A program made the translations under genes and the position numbers. DNA of 61,487 bases, counting the filler. It is 4 parts of 4 records of this genome, joined end to end, with 100 filler letters (N's around TTAATTAATTAA, not from the genome) between each part and the next. Parts side by side here need not be neighbours in the genome. Positions count along the whole stretch, not along the records: positions 37,837 to 53,096 come from SRR20825006_1023; 3 more parts are not named here. The stretch is one strand, 5' to 3'. This document shows, piece after piece, positions 38,423-48,323 of the stretch (position 1 is the stretch's first letter; the number at the start of each line of letters is the position of its first letter). Under the pieces are notes generated by a model, which was given only the letters and a program-made list of their open reading frames with translations, did no database searches and had not been told where the DNA came from.

Positions 38423-39838
38423 ATGGGGACCTATCCGCGCGATCTTGAAGGCTATGGCCAGACCGTTCCGAATGCCGCCTGGCCGGGCGGTGCGAAGGTC
38501 GCGGTGCAGTTCGTCCTGAATTACGAGGAAGGCGGCGAAAACAACCTGCTGCACGGGGACGACGCCTCCGAAGCTTTCCTCTCGGAGATCGTCGGTGCCG
38601 CCGCCTGGCCAGGCCAGCGGCACTGGAATATGGAATCGATCTACGAATATGGCGCCCGGGCCGGGTTCTGGCGTCTGCACCGGCTGTTCACCGAGGCCGG
38701 CATCCCGCTCACTGTCTATGGCGTTGCCACGGCACTCGCACGTAGTCCGTCGCAGGTGAAGGCGATGCAGGAGGCCGACTGGGAGATTGCCTCGCACGGG
38801 CTCAAATGGATCGAGCACAAGGACATGACCGAGGCGGAGGAGCTGGCCCAGATCGTCGAAGCGATCCGCCTGCATGCCGAAGTCACCGGAGAGGCGCCGC
38901 GCGGCTGGTATACCGGCCGCTGCTCCATGAACACGGTCGGGCTCGTCGCCGCGCGGGGCGATTTCGACTACATCTCGGACAGCTATGCCGACGACCTGCC
39001 CTACTGGATGGAAGCGGGCGAGCACGATCAGCTGATCATTCCCTATACGCTCGACGCCAACGACATGCGGTTCGCAACACCGCAGGGCTTCAATACCGGC
39101 GAGCAGTTCTTCCAATATCTGAAAGACAGTTTCGACGGTCTCTACGCGGAAGGCGCAGCCGGTCGCCCGGCCATGATGTCCGTCGGCCTGCATTGCCGCC
39201 TCACCGGCCGGCCCGGACGGGCGGCAGGACTGAAGCGCTTCATCGAATACGCGCAATCCCATAGCGATGTCTGGTTTGCCCGCCGGATCGAGATCGCAGA
39301 GCACTGGAAAGCCAATTTCCCGCACAAGCGCTGGGAGCGGCCCGGCGCCATGTCCCGCGAACGGTTTGTCGAGTGCTTCGGCGGCATCTTTGAGAACTCT
39401 CCCTGGATTGCCGAGCAGGCCTTCGATCTGGAACGCGGCCCGGCGCACGACACGGCAACCGGCCTGCACAACGCTCTCACCCGGATCTTCCGCTCGGCCA
39501 GCGAAGCGGAACGACTGGGCGTCCTTAACGCCCATCCGGATCTCGCCGGAAAACTGGCGCAAGCCAAACGCCTGACCGAGAATTCCACATCAGAGCAGGC
39601 CAGCGCCGGACTGGACGCCCTGACCGACGCGGAACGGACCAGCTTCGAGGCGCTGAACGCGGAATATGTGGCCAAGCACGGCTTCCCGTTCATCATCGCC
39701 GTCCGCGATCATGACAAGGCGGGCATCCTCACTGCCTTTCAACGCCGCATCGGCAATGACCGGGAGACGGAAATAGCGGAAGCGTGCCGTCAGGTCGAAC
39801 GCATCACCGAGTTGAGATTGAAGGATCTGCTGCCATGA
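38423..39838 (+). CDS. puuE: Allantoinase PuuE fused to OHCU decarboxylase
   Basis: YPRDL.GYG, NYEEGGE, ESIYEYG, GLHCR.GRPGR; C-terminal UraD: FGGIFENSPW, AHPDLAG, SEQ.SAGL, FPFIIAV. Confidence 0.95.
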   Translation: MGTYPRDLEGYGQTVPNAAWPGGAKVAVQFVLNYEEGGENNLLHGDDASEAFLSEIVGAAAWPGQRHWNMESIYEYGARAGFWRLHRLFTEAGIPLTVYGVATALARSPSQVKAMQEADWEIASHGLKWIEHKDMTEAEELAQIVEAIRLHAEVTGEAPRGWYTGRCSMNTVGLVAARGDFDYISDSYADDLPYWMEAGEHDQLIIPYTLDANDMRFATPQGFNTGEQFFQYLKDSFDGLYAEGAAGRPAMMSVGLHCRLTGRPGRAAGLKRFIEYAQSHSDVWFARRIEIAEHWKANFPHKRWERPGAMSRERFVECFGGIFENSPWIAEQAFDLERGPAHDTATGLHNALTRIFRSASEAERLGVLNAHPDLAGKLAQAKRLTENSTSEQASAGLDALTDAERTSFEALNAEYVAKHGFPFIIAVRDHDKAGILTAFQRRIGNDRETEIAEACRQVERITELRLKDLLP

Positions 39839-40692
39839 GCACCAAAAAACAGGACGCAGGGTCCTACTTCGCCATCGAAGGCGGTCTGCCGGGCCAGCGC
39901 GAGCTGATGACCGGCCGAGCGGTCTTCACCGACGCCTATGCAGTGATCCCGAAGGGCGTGATGACCGATATTGTCGCCAGCCTGTTTCCGTTCTGGGAGA
40001 AGACCCGGGGCTGGATCATCGCCCGGCCGCTTTCCGGTTTCAGCGAAACTTTCTCGCACTATGTGATGGAAGTCGGCCCCGGCGGCGGCTCGGACAGACC
40101 GGAACCGGAAGCAGGCGCCGAAGGCGCGCTGTTCGTTGTCTCCGGCTCGGTCACCGTTACCGTCGGCGGGGCGGAGCATGTGCTTGAGCCGGGCGGTTTC
40201 GGCTTCCTGCCGCCGTCATCGGGCTGGACCCTGCGCAACCGGGGAAGCGAGACGGCAAAGTTTCACTGGGTCAGGAAGATGTACGAGGCCGTGGACGGGC
40301 TCGATACTCCTGAGCCGCTTTTCGCCAATGACCGGGACACCCCCCCCAATGCCATGCCCGATACCGAAGGCCGCTGGGCGACGAGCCGGTTCGTCGATCC
40401 AGAAGACCTGCGGCATGACATGCACATCACAGTCGTCACGTTCCAGCCGGGCGGCACCATTCCGTTCGAGGAAACCCACGTCATGGAGCACGGCCTCTAC
40501 GTGCTGCAGGGCAAGGGCGTCTACAAGCTGAACCAGGACTGGGTGGAGGTCGAGGCGGGTGACTATATGTGGCTGCGTGCCTTCTGCCCGCAGGCCTGCT
40601 ACGCGGCCGGGCCGGAGCCGTTCCGCTATCTGCTCTACAAGGACATGCACCGGCATCCGAAACTGACCGGTGTCGGCGGGTTCGGGCGATGA
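39835..40692 (+). CDS. allE: (S)-ureidoglycine aminohydrolase (bicupin, YlbA/AllE)
   Basis: RAVFTDAYAVIP, ETHVMEHGLYVL, FCPQAC, FRYLLYKD. Confidence 0.93.
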   Translation: MSTKKQDAGSYFAIEGGLPGQRELMTGRAVFTDAYAVIPKGVMTDIVASLFPFWEKTRGWIIARPLSGFSETFSHYVMEVGPGGGSDRPEPEAGAEGALFVVSGSVTVTVGGAEHVLEPGGFGFLPPSSGWTLRNRGSETAKFHWVRKMYEAVDGLDTPEPLFANDRDTPPNAMPDTEGRWATSRFVDPEDLRHDMHITVVTFQPGGTIPFEETHVMEHGLYVLQGKGVYKLNQDWVEVEAGDYMWLRAFCPQACYAAGPEPFRYLLYKDMHRHPKLTGVGGFGR

Positions 40693-41180
40693 GCCGAACT
40701 ATCAAGGCGCAGCCGTTGACGGCAGAGGCTTTCGCACCGTTCGGCGCCGTGCTGGAAGCGACGGGTACGCCAGACTTCATGATCAACGCCGGTCTCTGCG
40801 GCCGCCATCACGATCTCGCCCGTCCGGAGACGGATGCCGACGGCGCCGTAAGCCTGAGCGTCGGGCGCAGCGAGGCCGTCACCCTGCCGCTTTCCCTTGG
40901 TATGATGGAGCGGCACCCGCATGGCAGCCAAGCTTTCGTACCGATGGCGGGAACACAGTTTCTGATTATCGTCGCCAAAGATGAGGACGGCACACCCGGC
41001 ACGCCGCGTGCGTTCCTGACGAACGGCAATCAGGGTATCCAGTACAGGATGAATTGCTGGCATGGTGTCCTGGCGCCATTGGCAGGCCCCGCAGATTTCC
41101 TGATCGTCGACCGGGTTGGTCCCGGCGATAATCTGGAAGAGCATCACCTTGCCCAGCCCTACACAATCGTGACGGGCTGA
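40689..41180 (+). CDS. allA: Ureidoglycolate lyase
   Basis: PLTAEAFAPFG, MERHPHGSQAF, WHGVL, FLIVDR, DNLEE. Confidence 0.93.
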   Translation: MSRTIKAQPLTAEAFAPFGAVLEATGTPDFMINAGLCGRHHDLARPETDADGAVSLSVGRSEAVTLPLSLGMMERHPHGSQAFVPMAGTQFLIIVAKDEDGTPGTPRAFLTNGNQGIQYRMNCWHGVLAPLAGPADFLIVDRVGPGDNLEEHHLAQPYTIVTG

Positions 41181-41211
41181 GCCGGCAAGCGGGTACATCC
41201 CCCGGAAACAG

Positions 41212-41235
41212 AAATTGCCGCCAAAGCGGCAATTT
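41212..41235. terminator. Bidirectional terminator
   Basis: AAATTGCCGC-CAAA-GCGGCAATTT between convergent allA and XRE genes. Confidence 0.7.
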
Positions 41236-41286
41236 ACTCAAAGTGTTTGTTATTCAAAGTGCCGGGTTTTGGCCTGAAGCCAGTGG

Positions 41287-41829
41287 TTAGCTTCGGTCGT
41301 TATCCTGGCCTGGATCAGCCAGCTCCGACATGGTGCGCACCAGGTCGACGATGCGGGTCCGCGCATGTTCCGGCAGGTCACACCAGAGCCGGACAAGCTC
41401 ACTGGCCTGACGGCGTGCCAGCGGCGAGTCAATCTCGACATCATGAGAGCTGACCATTGGCGGCGCCATACCTTCGCCACCCAGCAACCGCGCCGGGGAC
41501 TGAGCTATCGTCTGCTCGTCCATCTCGTCGAAGAAGAAAGAAACCGGCGTATTCAGGACCGAGGCCACATCGAACAGACGCGATGCACTGATCCGGTTAT
41601 CGCCGCGTTCATATTTCATGTATTGCTGGGAGGTGACGCCGATCTTCTGCGCGACAATGCGCTGGGTCATCCCCATTTCCTTCCGGCGGCGGCGCAGACG
41701 AGCACCGACAAACACATCGACCGGATTGTTCGAGGTAGATGACTTGCCACGGTCCGCGACATCCTTATCCGTCGCCAACGTTGAGTCCTCAGACAGATCG
41801 TCAATCAGACGATTAGCCGCGTTCTTCAT
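41287..41829 (-). CDS. XRE-family HTH transcriptional regulator
   Basis: NPVDVFVGARLRRRR, GVTSQQYMKYERGDNRISASRL, PVSFFFD. Confidence 0.9.
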   Translation of the reverse strand: MKNAANRLIDDLSEDSTLATDKDVADRGKSSTSNNPVDVFVGARLRRRRKEMGMTQRIVAQKIGVTSQQYMKYERGDNRISASRLFDVASVLNTPVSFFFDEMDEQTIAQSPARLLGGEGMAPPMVSSHDVEIDSPLARRQASELVRLWCDLPEHARTRIVDLVRTMSELADPGQDNDRS

Positions 41830-42293
41830 ATCCTCACCCCCATGCCGTTTAGACGTCCCTGAATCAAAAGTCTGTATAGCTATAGCGACTATGCGGATCG
41901 GGGATGGCCCCTCTCAAGCTGAATCGCAGCGTCTAAAAGCGTTCTGCTGCGCCCGATCAGGCGCCGCCATTATGCGCATTGCCTTGCCGAAGCTTAGCGA
42001 CGCTGCCTTTATTGATTTGGGCAATTGGCGTTCAGATGCGCAACCATACAATATTGCGCCGTAACATTCAATTTTTACGTGGTCGTCATAGGTGAATTTT
42101 TATTAATATGCGCTATATTGTATTTTGCCGCCAAGCGGCTCTCAGAGCTGGTTTCTGAGCTTCACACAGATAAAATACGACATAAAAAACCACCGCCTCC
42201 ATCAACCATTGCGGGTCCATATAAGCCGCACGGTGAAAACTTGCAGATTACCAACACCCGGCCGACACTGAAGAGCGCCATTAAGGAACCGTC

Positions 42294-43415
42294 ATGCTCG
42301 TCGATATCGCCGTCATAGGAAATGGTCCGACCGCCCGCCTCGCCACCCACGCATTCCGCGATTGCGGGGAGGGTGTGGTGATGATCGGACCCGATGCCAA
42401 CCGGTCCGCCGACCCGCGCACCACAGCCCTGATGCCATCGAGCGTTGAATCACTGGATATGCTCGGCATCGATGTCCGCACGAGGGCAACCCCGCTTCTG
42501 GATCTTCGGATTGAGACAACCGGCCCGTTCGGAATTGTCTCGGAACTGTTCACTGCGGAAGATGCTGGCGAGGGTTTCCTGGCCCAGAACCTGTTCATTC
42601 GGGATCTGATGGATGTCATGCCCGATGTCCCGCAGCACAAAGCCACGGTAACCGGCGTTCAGCCCTCAGCGGACAGCGTCCGGATCGCAACGGATGACGG
42701 CAAGACGATAGAAGCCCGTCTGGTTATCGCCGCCGACGGCCTGCAATCCCTGGCCCGGGAAGCCGCTGGTATCAGAATGCGCAAAAAACCGCTCGGCCGG
42801 AGCGCGCTGTGCGTGCCGGTCCGGCTTGAACACCCGCACGAACGGCTCTGTATCGAGCGTTATGACGATACCGGCACGCTGACCCTGATCCCCGTCGCAG
42901 AGCATGACGCCTCCCTGATCACCATTGCTTCCCCGGATGAGATCGCCGCCCTCTCCGCGCATCCGGACGAAACCATCGAACGCAAGCTGACACGCCGTCA
43001 GGACACTTTCGGACGTATAGCCTTCACCGGTCCGAAAGCCGTCTTCCCCCTGGCACTCGGCTTCACGCCGCAACCCGCGCGGGACCGGGTCGTCGTCATC
43101 GGCGAGAGCGCGCATATCGCCCCTCCCATTGCCGCCCAGGGCTGGAACATGTCCGTGCGGGACATCATGACCTTGCGGTCGCTGCTGACAGAAGCCGCCA
43201 CCAAAGGCGAGGATATCGGCAGCCAGCAGGTGCTCGGCTCCTATGCCCCCCGCCGTCAGCCCGACGTCGCCGGGCGGCTGTCCGCCATAGGCGCCCTGGC
43301 TGGCGTCGCCACCCGCCCGTCCGGGCCGCAGAAACTGATCCGCCAGGCCGGGCTTGCCGCGATAGGCCGGTTCAGCGGATTGAAACGCGGCCTGATGCGC
43401 GCCGGCCTCAGATAA
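42294..43415 (+). CDS. UbiH/UbiL-family FAD-dependent hydroxylase
   Basis: IAVIGNGPTA, DPRTTAL, IAADG, IGESAHIAPPIAAQGWNMSVRD. Confidence 0.85.
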   Translation: MLVDIAVIGNGPTARLATHAFRDCGEGVVMIGPDANRSADPRTTALMPSSVESLDMLGIDVRTRATPLLDLRIETTGPFGIVSELFTAEDAGEGFLAQNLFIRDLMDVMPDVPQHKATVTGVQPSADSVRIATDDGKTIEARLVIAADGLQSLAREAAGIRMRKKPLGRSALCVPVRLEHPHERLCIERYDDTGTLTLIPVAEHDASLITIASPDEIAALSAHPDETIERKLTRRQDTFGRIAFTGPKAVFPLALGFTPQPARDRVVVIGESAHIAPPIAAQGWNMSVRDIMTLRSLLTEAATKGEDIGSQQVLGSYAPRRQPDVAGRLSAIGALAGVATRPSGPQKLIRQAGLAAIGRFSGLKRGLMRAGLR

Positions 43416-43417
43416 GA

Positions 43418-44071
43418 ATGCGAACGGCTCCCGCCGCTATACTGATACTGATCTATCTGCTGATGGCATCGACGGGCCCTGCCGTCGCCACAACGCAGCA
43501 GGATGCAACCCCGCCGCCGCCATTCTCCCATCTTGAATTCGGCATGAGTGCGCGCGCGGCCTCAAATGCCCTGCCACAGGCAAAGCGCCTGACACCCGGC
43601 GTCAATTTCGGCCATCTGAAAGGACGGCTGGTCATTCCGGAAATGGAGGCCTTCGGGTCCAGCTTCCGCGTTTACCTGCAGTTCGACTCTGCGGACACGC
43701 TGCGACAGATCCTGCTCGAACGGCGGCACGCGGCCGCGACAAGAAAAAGCGCCGGAAATATCCAGCGATACCTGACCAATGATCTGGGGGAGCCTGACGA
43801 GATCTGTCTGCCGCCCGTAGCCACACCTGCGGCGGCCCGGGTCACCTGGCGGAAGGAAAACTGGTCACTGCATCTGATCGGGTTTGACGACCTCGGCCTC
43901 GGCATCCGGACACAAGATGCCGACCGGGGCGACCCACTGGAGATAAAGCCTCTCGGCCGCAGCCGTGCCGAACGGTTGCGCAGCCGGCAGCAAAGTAGTC
44001 TGCCGCGCCGGATCCTTATCCGGATCCATGACGCGGATGACCAGACGCTAGAGCCGCCAGCCTGCGGCTAA
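43418..44071 (+). CDS. Hypothetical exported protein
   Basis: Hydrophobic N-terminal signal peptide; starts 2 nt after the ubiH-like stop; no family recognised. Confidence 0.7.
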   Translation: MRTAPAAILILIYLLMASTGPAVATTQQDATPPPPFSHLEFGMSARAASNALPQAKRLTPGVNFGHLKGRLVIPEMEAFGSSFRVYLQFDSADTLRQILLERRHAAATRKSAGNIQRYLTNDLGEPDEICLPPVATPAAARVTWRKENWSLHLIGFDDLGLGIRTQDADRGDPLEIKPLGRSRAERLRSRQQSSLPRRILIRIHDADDQTLEPPACG

Positions 44072-44351
44072 CGCCCAGTCTGCGACGACGCCAGGGAATC
44101 CCGGAAAATGACAGTGCGCTGCCGGACTTCGAGTCCGTCAGCGGCGCCGCACGCCGAGATATGCTCCCGCAAGGAAAGGTGAGCTTAACATTGTTCCAAC
44201 GCCTGCCGTGCCAAGACATGCCAATAAAACGCCATGAATCAAACATCCATCCACGGACATAAACAATATAACTGATAATTATTTATAATTTACTACCGCC
44301 AATCAACAAAAACTCACGAGATCGAAATTTTATTTGAATGTTTTGCTTTAA

Positions 44352-44440
44352 AAATATGACTATTCAGCGTCATATTTATGACCACCATTTTATCACGCCG
44401 CCGTGCATCGACTTGACAGCCTCGATGCCGGCAGTATGTC
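44352..44440 (+). promoter_or_regulatory. Palindromic sites and candidate sigma70 promoter of creatininase-ribD
   Basis: AAATATGAC-N8-GTCATATTT (44352-44377); TTGACA (44413) bracketed by GCATCGA/TCGATGC; TATGTC at 44435. Confidence 0.5.
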
Positions 44441-44482
44441 TTCGACCGACCACAGCAGCAAAAGCAACGGAAATTCAAAAGG

Positions 44483-45292
44483 ATGCCAATCAGGACGTGG
44501 GGTCATCTGACTACAGTTGATGTCGCAGCGCTCGATCCGGCGCGCGCCATTGCGGTGCTTCCCGTTGGTGCCGTCGAGCAGCACGGCCCGCACCTGCCAC
44601 TGGCGACCGACATCCTGATCAGCGAAGGCATTCTCGCGGCCGCGGCCGAACGGGTTGCGCCGGATATCGACCTGATCCGGCTCCCCTCCCAGTCCGTTGG
44701 CCTCAGCCCCGAACATATGAATTTCGCCGGTACGCTCTCGCATGAAGCCGAAACCCTGCTCGCTTCCTGGACCGAGATCGGCCTGTCCGTCGCTGCGGCC
44801 GGGCTGCGCAAAATGATCATCCTGAACAGCCATGGCGGCCAGCCCCAGATCGTCGATCTGGCGGTGCAGCGGCTGCGCAGCGAGGCAGGCATGCTGGCCG
44901 TGCGGGCGAACAGCTTCCGCTTCGACCTGCCGCCGGACCTGGTTGCCGAGGACGAACGGTCCTTCGGCCTGCATGGCGGCCAGATCGAAACCGCCCTGAT
45001 GCTGACGCTTCACCCGGACCTGGTACGCAAGGACAAGATCGCGAACTTTCCGAACAAGGCGGCAGACCGTGCCCTTACGGCAAAGCGCCTGGGGCTTTCC
45101 GGGGCCGGGGGCTATGCCTGGAATGCGGAGGATCTGAACCCGGAAGGAGCGACCGGCAATGCCAGTCTGGCAACGGCGGAACAGGGCGCAACCCTGCTCG
45201 CCGCCTATGCAGACCAGTTTGCGGAGCTGATCTCCGATGTTGTCGGCTGGCCGGTCAAAGACGGTGAAATAGTCGGGCACGGCCATGAATGA
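44483..45292 (+). CDS. Creatininase/FAPy-deformylase (ArfB/MftE-like) amidohydrolase
   Basis: PVGAVEQHGPHLPLATD, SPEH, NSHGG, HGGQIET. Confidence 0.92.
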   Translation: MPIRTWGHLTTVDVAALDPARAIAVLPVGAVEQHGPHLPLATDILISEGILAAAAERVAPDIDLIRLPSQSVGLSPEHMNFAGTLSHEAETLLASWTEIGLSVAAAGLRKMIILNSHGGQPQIVDLAVQRLRSEAGMLAVRANSFRFDLPPDLVAEDERSFGLHGGQIETALMLTLHPDLVRKDKIANFPNKAADRALTAKRLGLSGAGGYAWNAEDLNPEGATGNASLATAEQGATLLAAYADQFAELISDVVGWPVKDGEIVGHGHE

Positions 45293-46037
45293 TGAATGGC
45301 CCGATATTCTGGCCACACTCGGGAAAGACTGCGAGAAAGAGGCCGCACCGTCCCGGGACACAGCCGACATCCCCTGGCAGCTCTACCGCGATCTTGCCCG
45401 GGATTGCATGGAACGGCCGATCGTCATCGCCCAGATCGGGCAAAGTCTTGATGGACGGATCGCCACGGCCAGCGGGCATTCCCACTATATCAACGGTGCA
45501 GAAAGCCTCGACCATCTGCATCGGCTCCGGGCCATCGCCGATGCCGTGGTCGTCGGAGCCAACACGGCTGTGCTGGACAATCCCCGGCTGACGACACGGC
45601 GCGTCTCCGGGCCGAACCCGGTCCGTGTGGTGATCGATCCGAAAAGGCGTGTCCCGGCAGAGCATGCCCTGCTGTCGGAACCCGACGCCGAAACCTTGCT
45701 GGTAACCAGCCGCGATATTTCCGGCCTGCCGCCACACTGCTTCGCCATTGCTCCGGCAGACGATGCCGAACAGGTCTCGCCGGGCAGGCTTCTGGAACAG
45801 CTCCGCAACAGGGACCTGCGCACCATCCTTATCGAAGGCGGCGGGAATACGATTTCACGCTTCCTGAGCGCGGGGCTGATCGACCGGCTGCATATCGCCG
45901 TTGCCCCCATGCTGATCGGCTCCGGCCGCCCGGGGCTTGAGCTGCCGGAGATCGAAACACTCGCCGACGCACGGCGTTTCGAGGCCCGCACCTACAAACT
46001 CGGACAGGACACCCTGTTCGATTGCCGGCTCAACTGA
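45285..46037 (+). CDS. RibD C-terminal reductase-only protein (RibD2-like)
   Basis: AQIGQSLDGRIAT, HRLRA.ADAVVVGANT..DNPRLT, IEGGG, IAVAPMLIG; no deaminase HAE/PC motif. Confidence 0.9.
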   Translation: MNDEWPDILATLGKDCEKEAAPSRDTADIPWQLYRDLARDCMERPIVIAQIGQSLDGRIATASGHSHYINGAESLDHLHRLRAIADAVVVGANTAVLDNPRLTTRRVSGPNPVRVVIDPKRRVPAEHALLSEPDAETLLVTSRDISGLPPHCFAIAPADDAEQVSPGRLLEQLRNRDLRTILIEGGGNTISRFLSAGLIDRLHIAVAPMLIGSGRPGLELPEIETLADARRFEARTYKLGQDTLFDCRLN

Positions 46038-46839
46038 TCCGGGGCACGGCAAAGTGATCCCGATGGCCAACGCGGATCGTGGCTTCCGGCGCCGCGTATA
46101 GGGCTTCGGCCCAGGCCTCGAAATTACCGCTCCGCTCCGGCGCCATCTCGGACGCAGCCTCCACCCAGCCGCCGACAAGCTCGGACGCGCCCGGATCGCC
46201 CATTCCGACGATCCAGTCGCTCTCCCCGTCCTGCACATCATACGCTCGCGCGGCAAGACCGGCGGACAGTGCGCCAGACGCGTCAGGGCCCAGTGCCGGG
46301 CCGAACCCTTTGTCCTTCCGCTGATGCCGGTTGACCAGCTCCCTGACGGCCGCCAATGCCTCCTGGTCGGCACGCGCCTCTATCCGCCCGTCATAGGTCA
46401 GAACGGCAAGCAGGGCCGCCCCCTCGTCTGTCAGAACATCGAGCAAAGTGTCGAGCCAGTCCTGCGAGACCAGATCGAACAGCGCGGAGGCGGTAACGAG
46501 ATCAGCCCCGGCGATCAATTTTGCCAGATCGGCATGCGCCAGATCCGTTATCTCCCGAACCAGCGTATCCTCTGGTTTCAGACTGGCAGTCCGCTCTGCA
46601 GTGGTTAGCAATGCCTGATCATTATCGACCAGCATCCAGTCCACCGGCACCGGCAGAAGCGGCGCGAGGTGACGCTGGTTGTTCCCGTTCCCGGCCCCGA
46701 GATCGACGATCCGGAGGCGTTCTCCGGTCGATGCGCGTTTGCCGGCCCAGTCGGTCAGCGCATCCTGTACGGTCCTGTTCCGGGCCGGGGCATCCCAGGC
46801 CGCGCGGGCACTGAGCCAGGCGTCGGAAAATCCGCTCAC
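46030..46839 (-). CDS. Class I SAM-dependent methyltransferase-like protein
   Basis: FSDAWLSAR, IVDLGAGNG, LVDND, LVTASALFDLVS, HQRKDKGFGPALGP. Confidence 0.85.
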   Translation of the reverse strand: MSGFSDAWLSARAAWDAPARNRTVQDALTDWAGKRASTGERLRIVDLGAGNGNNQRHLAPLLPVPVDWMLVDNDQALLTTAERTASLKPEDTLVREITDLAHADLAKLIAGADLVTASALFDLVSQDWLDTLLDVLTDEGAALLAVLTYDGRIEARADQEALAAVRELVNRHQRKDKGFGPALGPDASGALSAGLAARAYDVQDGESDWIVGMGDPGASELVGGWVEAASEMAPERSGNFEAWAEALYAAPEATIRVGHRDHFAVPRIS

Positions 46840-47915
46840 TGCAGGATCACCCCGTCCACTGCCCTCTGGAATGCCGCCTTGGCCCTGCCCCAGTCAGACA
46901 GCTTGCCCGCCGCCGGGACAGAGCGTCCGGCCATCTGCACCCGCAGCTCACCCTTGCCAAGCACATCGCGCAAGGCTTCCGTCAACGCGGGCACGTCTCC
47001 CGCGGGCACCAGTTGCGCCGCTTCGCGAACAGCATCCGCAACCGCACCCTCATGGGTCGTCAGAACCGGCAGCCCGGCGGCGACAGCATCGGCAAGGGCC
47101 ATGCCGAACCCTTCATGGTGTGTCGCCGACAGAAACAGCCCTGCCGCGCCATGCATCCGGGCCAATTCTTCATCGGAAACCTCGCCATGCAACGTTACCC
47201 GCCCCGCCAGACCTAGCTCTCCGATCAGGCTGCTCAGCTCAGCCGCATGGGCTGCATCGTGGGCCGCGCCGACAATATCGAGCTGCCAGTCGAGATCGCG
47301 GCAATTGGCCAGCGCCCGCACCGCGCTCTCATGCCCCTTGCGCCGTGTCAGCGTGCCGACCGAGAGAATGCGCAGCGGCCCTTCCGCCGGGCGCCTTTCG
47401 ACTGACGACACCCAATCGGCAATACCAGGCTCGACCACATGAACGGTTGAGGGATGTACATCGAAATCAGCCAGCCTCTCCGCCGTGCGGCGGCTGGAGA
47501 CGACGATCCGCGCGACCTCTTTCAGCACGGCTTTCTCCGCCTGGAAGAAGGCCTCCGTCTCCCGCTCGGAGAGTCCGGTCTCATCCGCCAGCGGGTGATG
47601 GATCATGGCGATCACGTCGAGCCGGGGCGCATGCTGGGCGACAGCCTGGCCCAGCGCCGTCAGCGCCAGACCGTCGATCACGCAGCGCGCGCGGTCCGGC
47701 AACCCGGCCAGCACCGCCGCACCGGCGGCGATGTCGTAGGGCCGGGCCCTGGGGAAATCGCCTTCAATCTCATGCACGCCGCCCAACCTGCCGGAGGCAC
47801 GGAGACCGTCGACCATATGCCGGTCATAGATGAACCCGCCCGTCAGGGTATCGAGGGGACCCGGAACGATGAAATGGACGGGCGGCTCCGAGCCTTTGAA
47901 TGGATCGGCGCTCAC
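46836..47915 (-). CDS. Glycosyltransferase family 4
   Basis: [29 protein letters not shown]. Confidence 0.9.
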   Translation of the reverse strand: MSADPFKGSEPPVHFIVPGPLDTLTGGFIYDRHMVDGLRASGRLGGVHEIEGDFPRARPYDIAAGAAVLAGLPDRARCVIDGLALTALGQAVAQHAPRLDVIAMIHHPLADETGLSERETEAFFQAEKAVLKEVARIVVSSRRTAERLADFDVHPSTVHVVEPGIADWVSSVERRPAEGPLRILSVGTLTRRKGHESAVRALANCRDLDWQLDIVGAAHDAAHAAELSSLIGELGLAGRVTLHGEVSDEELARMHGAAGLFLSATHHEGFGMALADAVAAGLPVLTTHEGAVADAVREAAQLVPAGDVPALTEALRDVLGKGELRVQMAGRSVPAAGKLSDWGRAKAAFQRAVDGVILQ

Positions 47916-48310
47916 AGCATCCCCTCATAGGAAGCCCAGGCGATGTGGGATTCGTGCAGCGTCACCTTCATGGAATCGAGTTCCTTCGCCCCTTCGCCAA
48001 GCTCTCCGGCCGCAATCGCGCCCGCCATCCGGTCAAAGATATGCCGGGCCAGGAACTCGGTCGTCGTATTCTCTCCGGCGAATTCCGGCAGATCGTCCAG
48101 ATTGCGGTAGCCGAGCGGCTCCAGCACCGCCTTCAGCCGCTCCGACGCGGCGCCGATATCGACCACCAGATTATCCGCATCCAGCTCCGCACGGCGGAAT
48201 TCCACGTCGATCACGTATGTCGCGCCGTGCAGCCGCTGGGCCGGGCCGAAGGTTTCGGAATTGAAGCTGTGCGCGATCATCACATGGTCGCGGACGGTGA
48301 GTGCGTACAT
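47912..48310 (-). CDS. COG0720 6-pyruvoyl-tetrahydropterin synthase-like protein, PTPS-IV type
   Basis: [45 protein letters not shown]; no Cys and HGA instead of HGH. Confidence 0.88.
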   Translation of the reverse strand: MYALTVRDHVMIAHSFNSETFGPAQRLHGATYVIDVEFRRAELDADNLVVDIGAASERLKAVLEPLGYRNLDDLPEFAGENTTTEFLARHIFDRMAGAIAAGELGEGAKELDSMKVTLHESHIAWASYEGML

Positions 48311-48323
48311 TGAAATACTCCGG

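Noticed and set aside
44198-44226. TTGGCA repeats on the minus strand as a sigma54 promoter
   Set aside because: GG-N10-GC spacing is not met for either copy
47912-48310. Calling this gene queD for queuosine synthesis
   Set aside because: No CxxxHGH motif and no queC, queE or queF nearby
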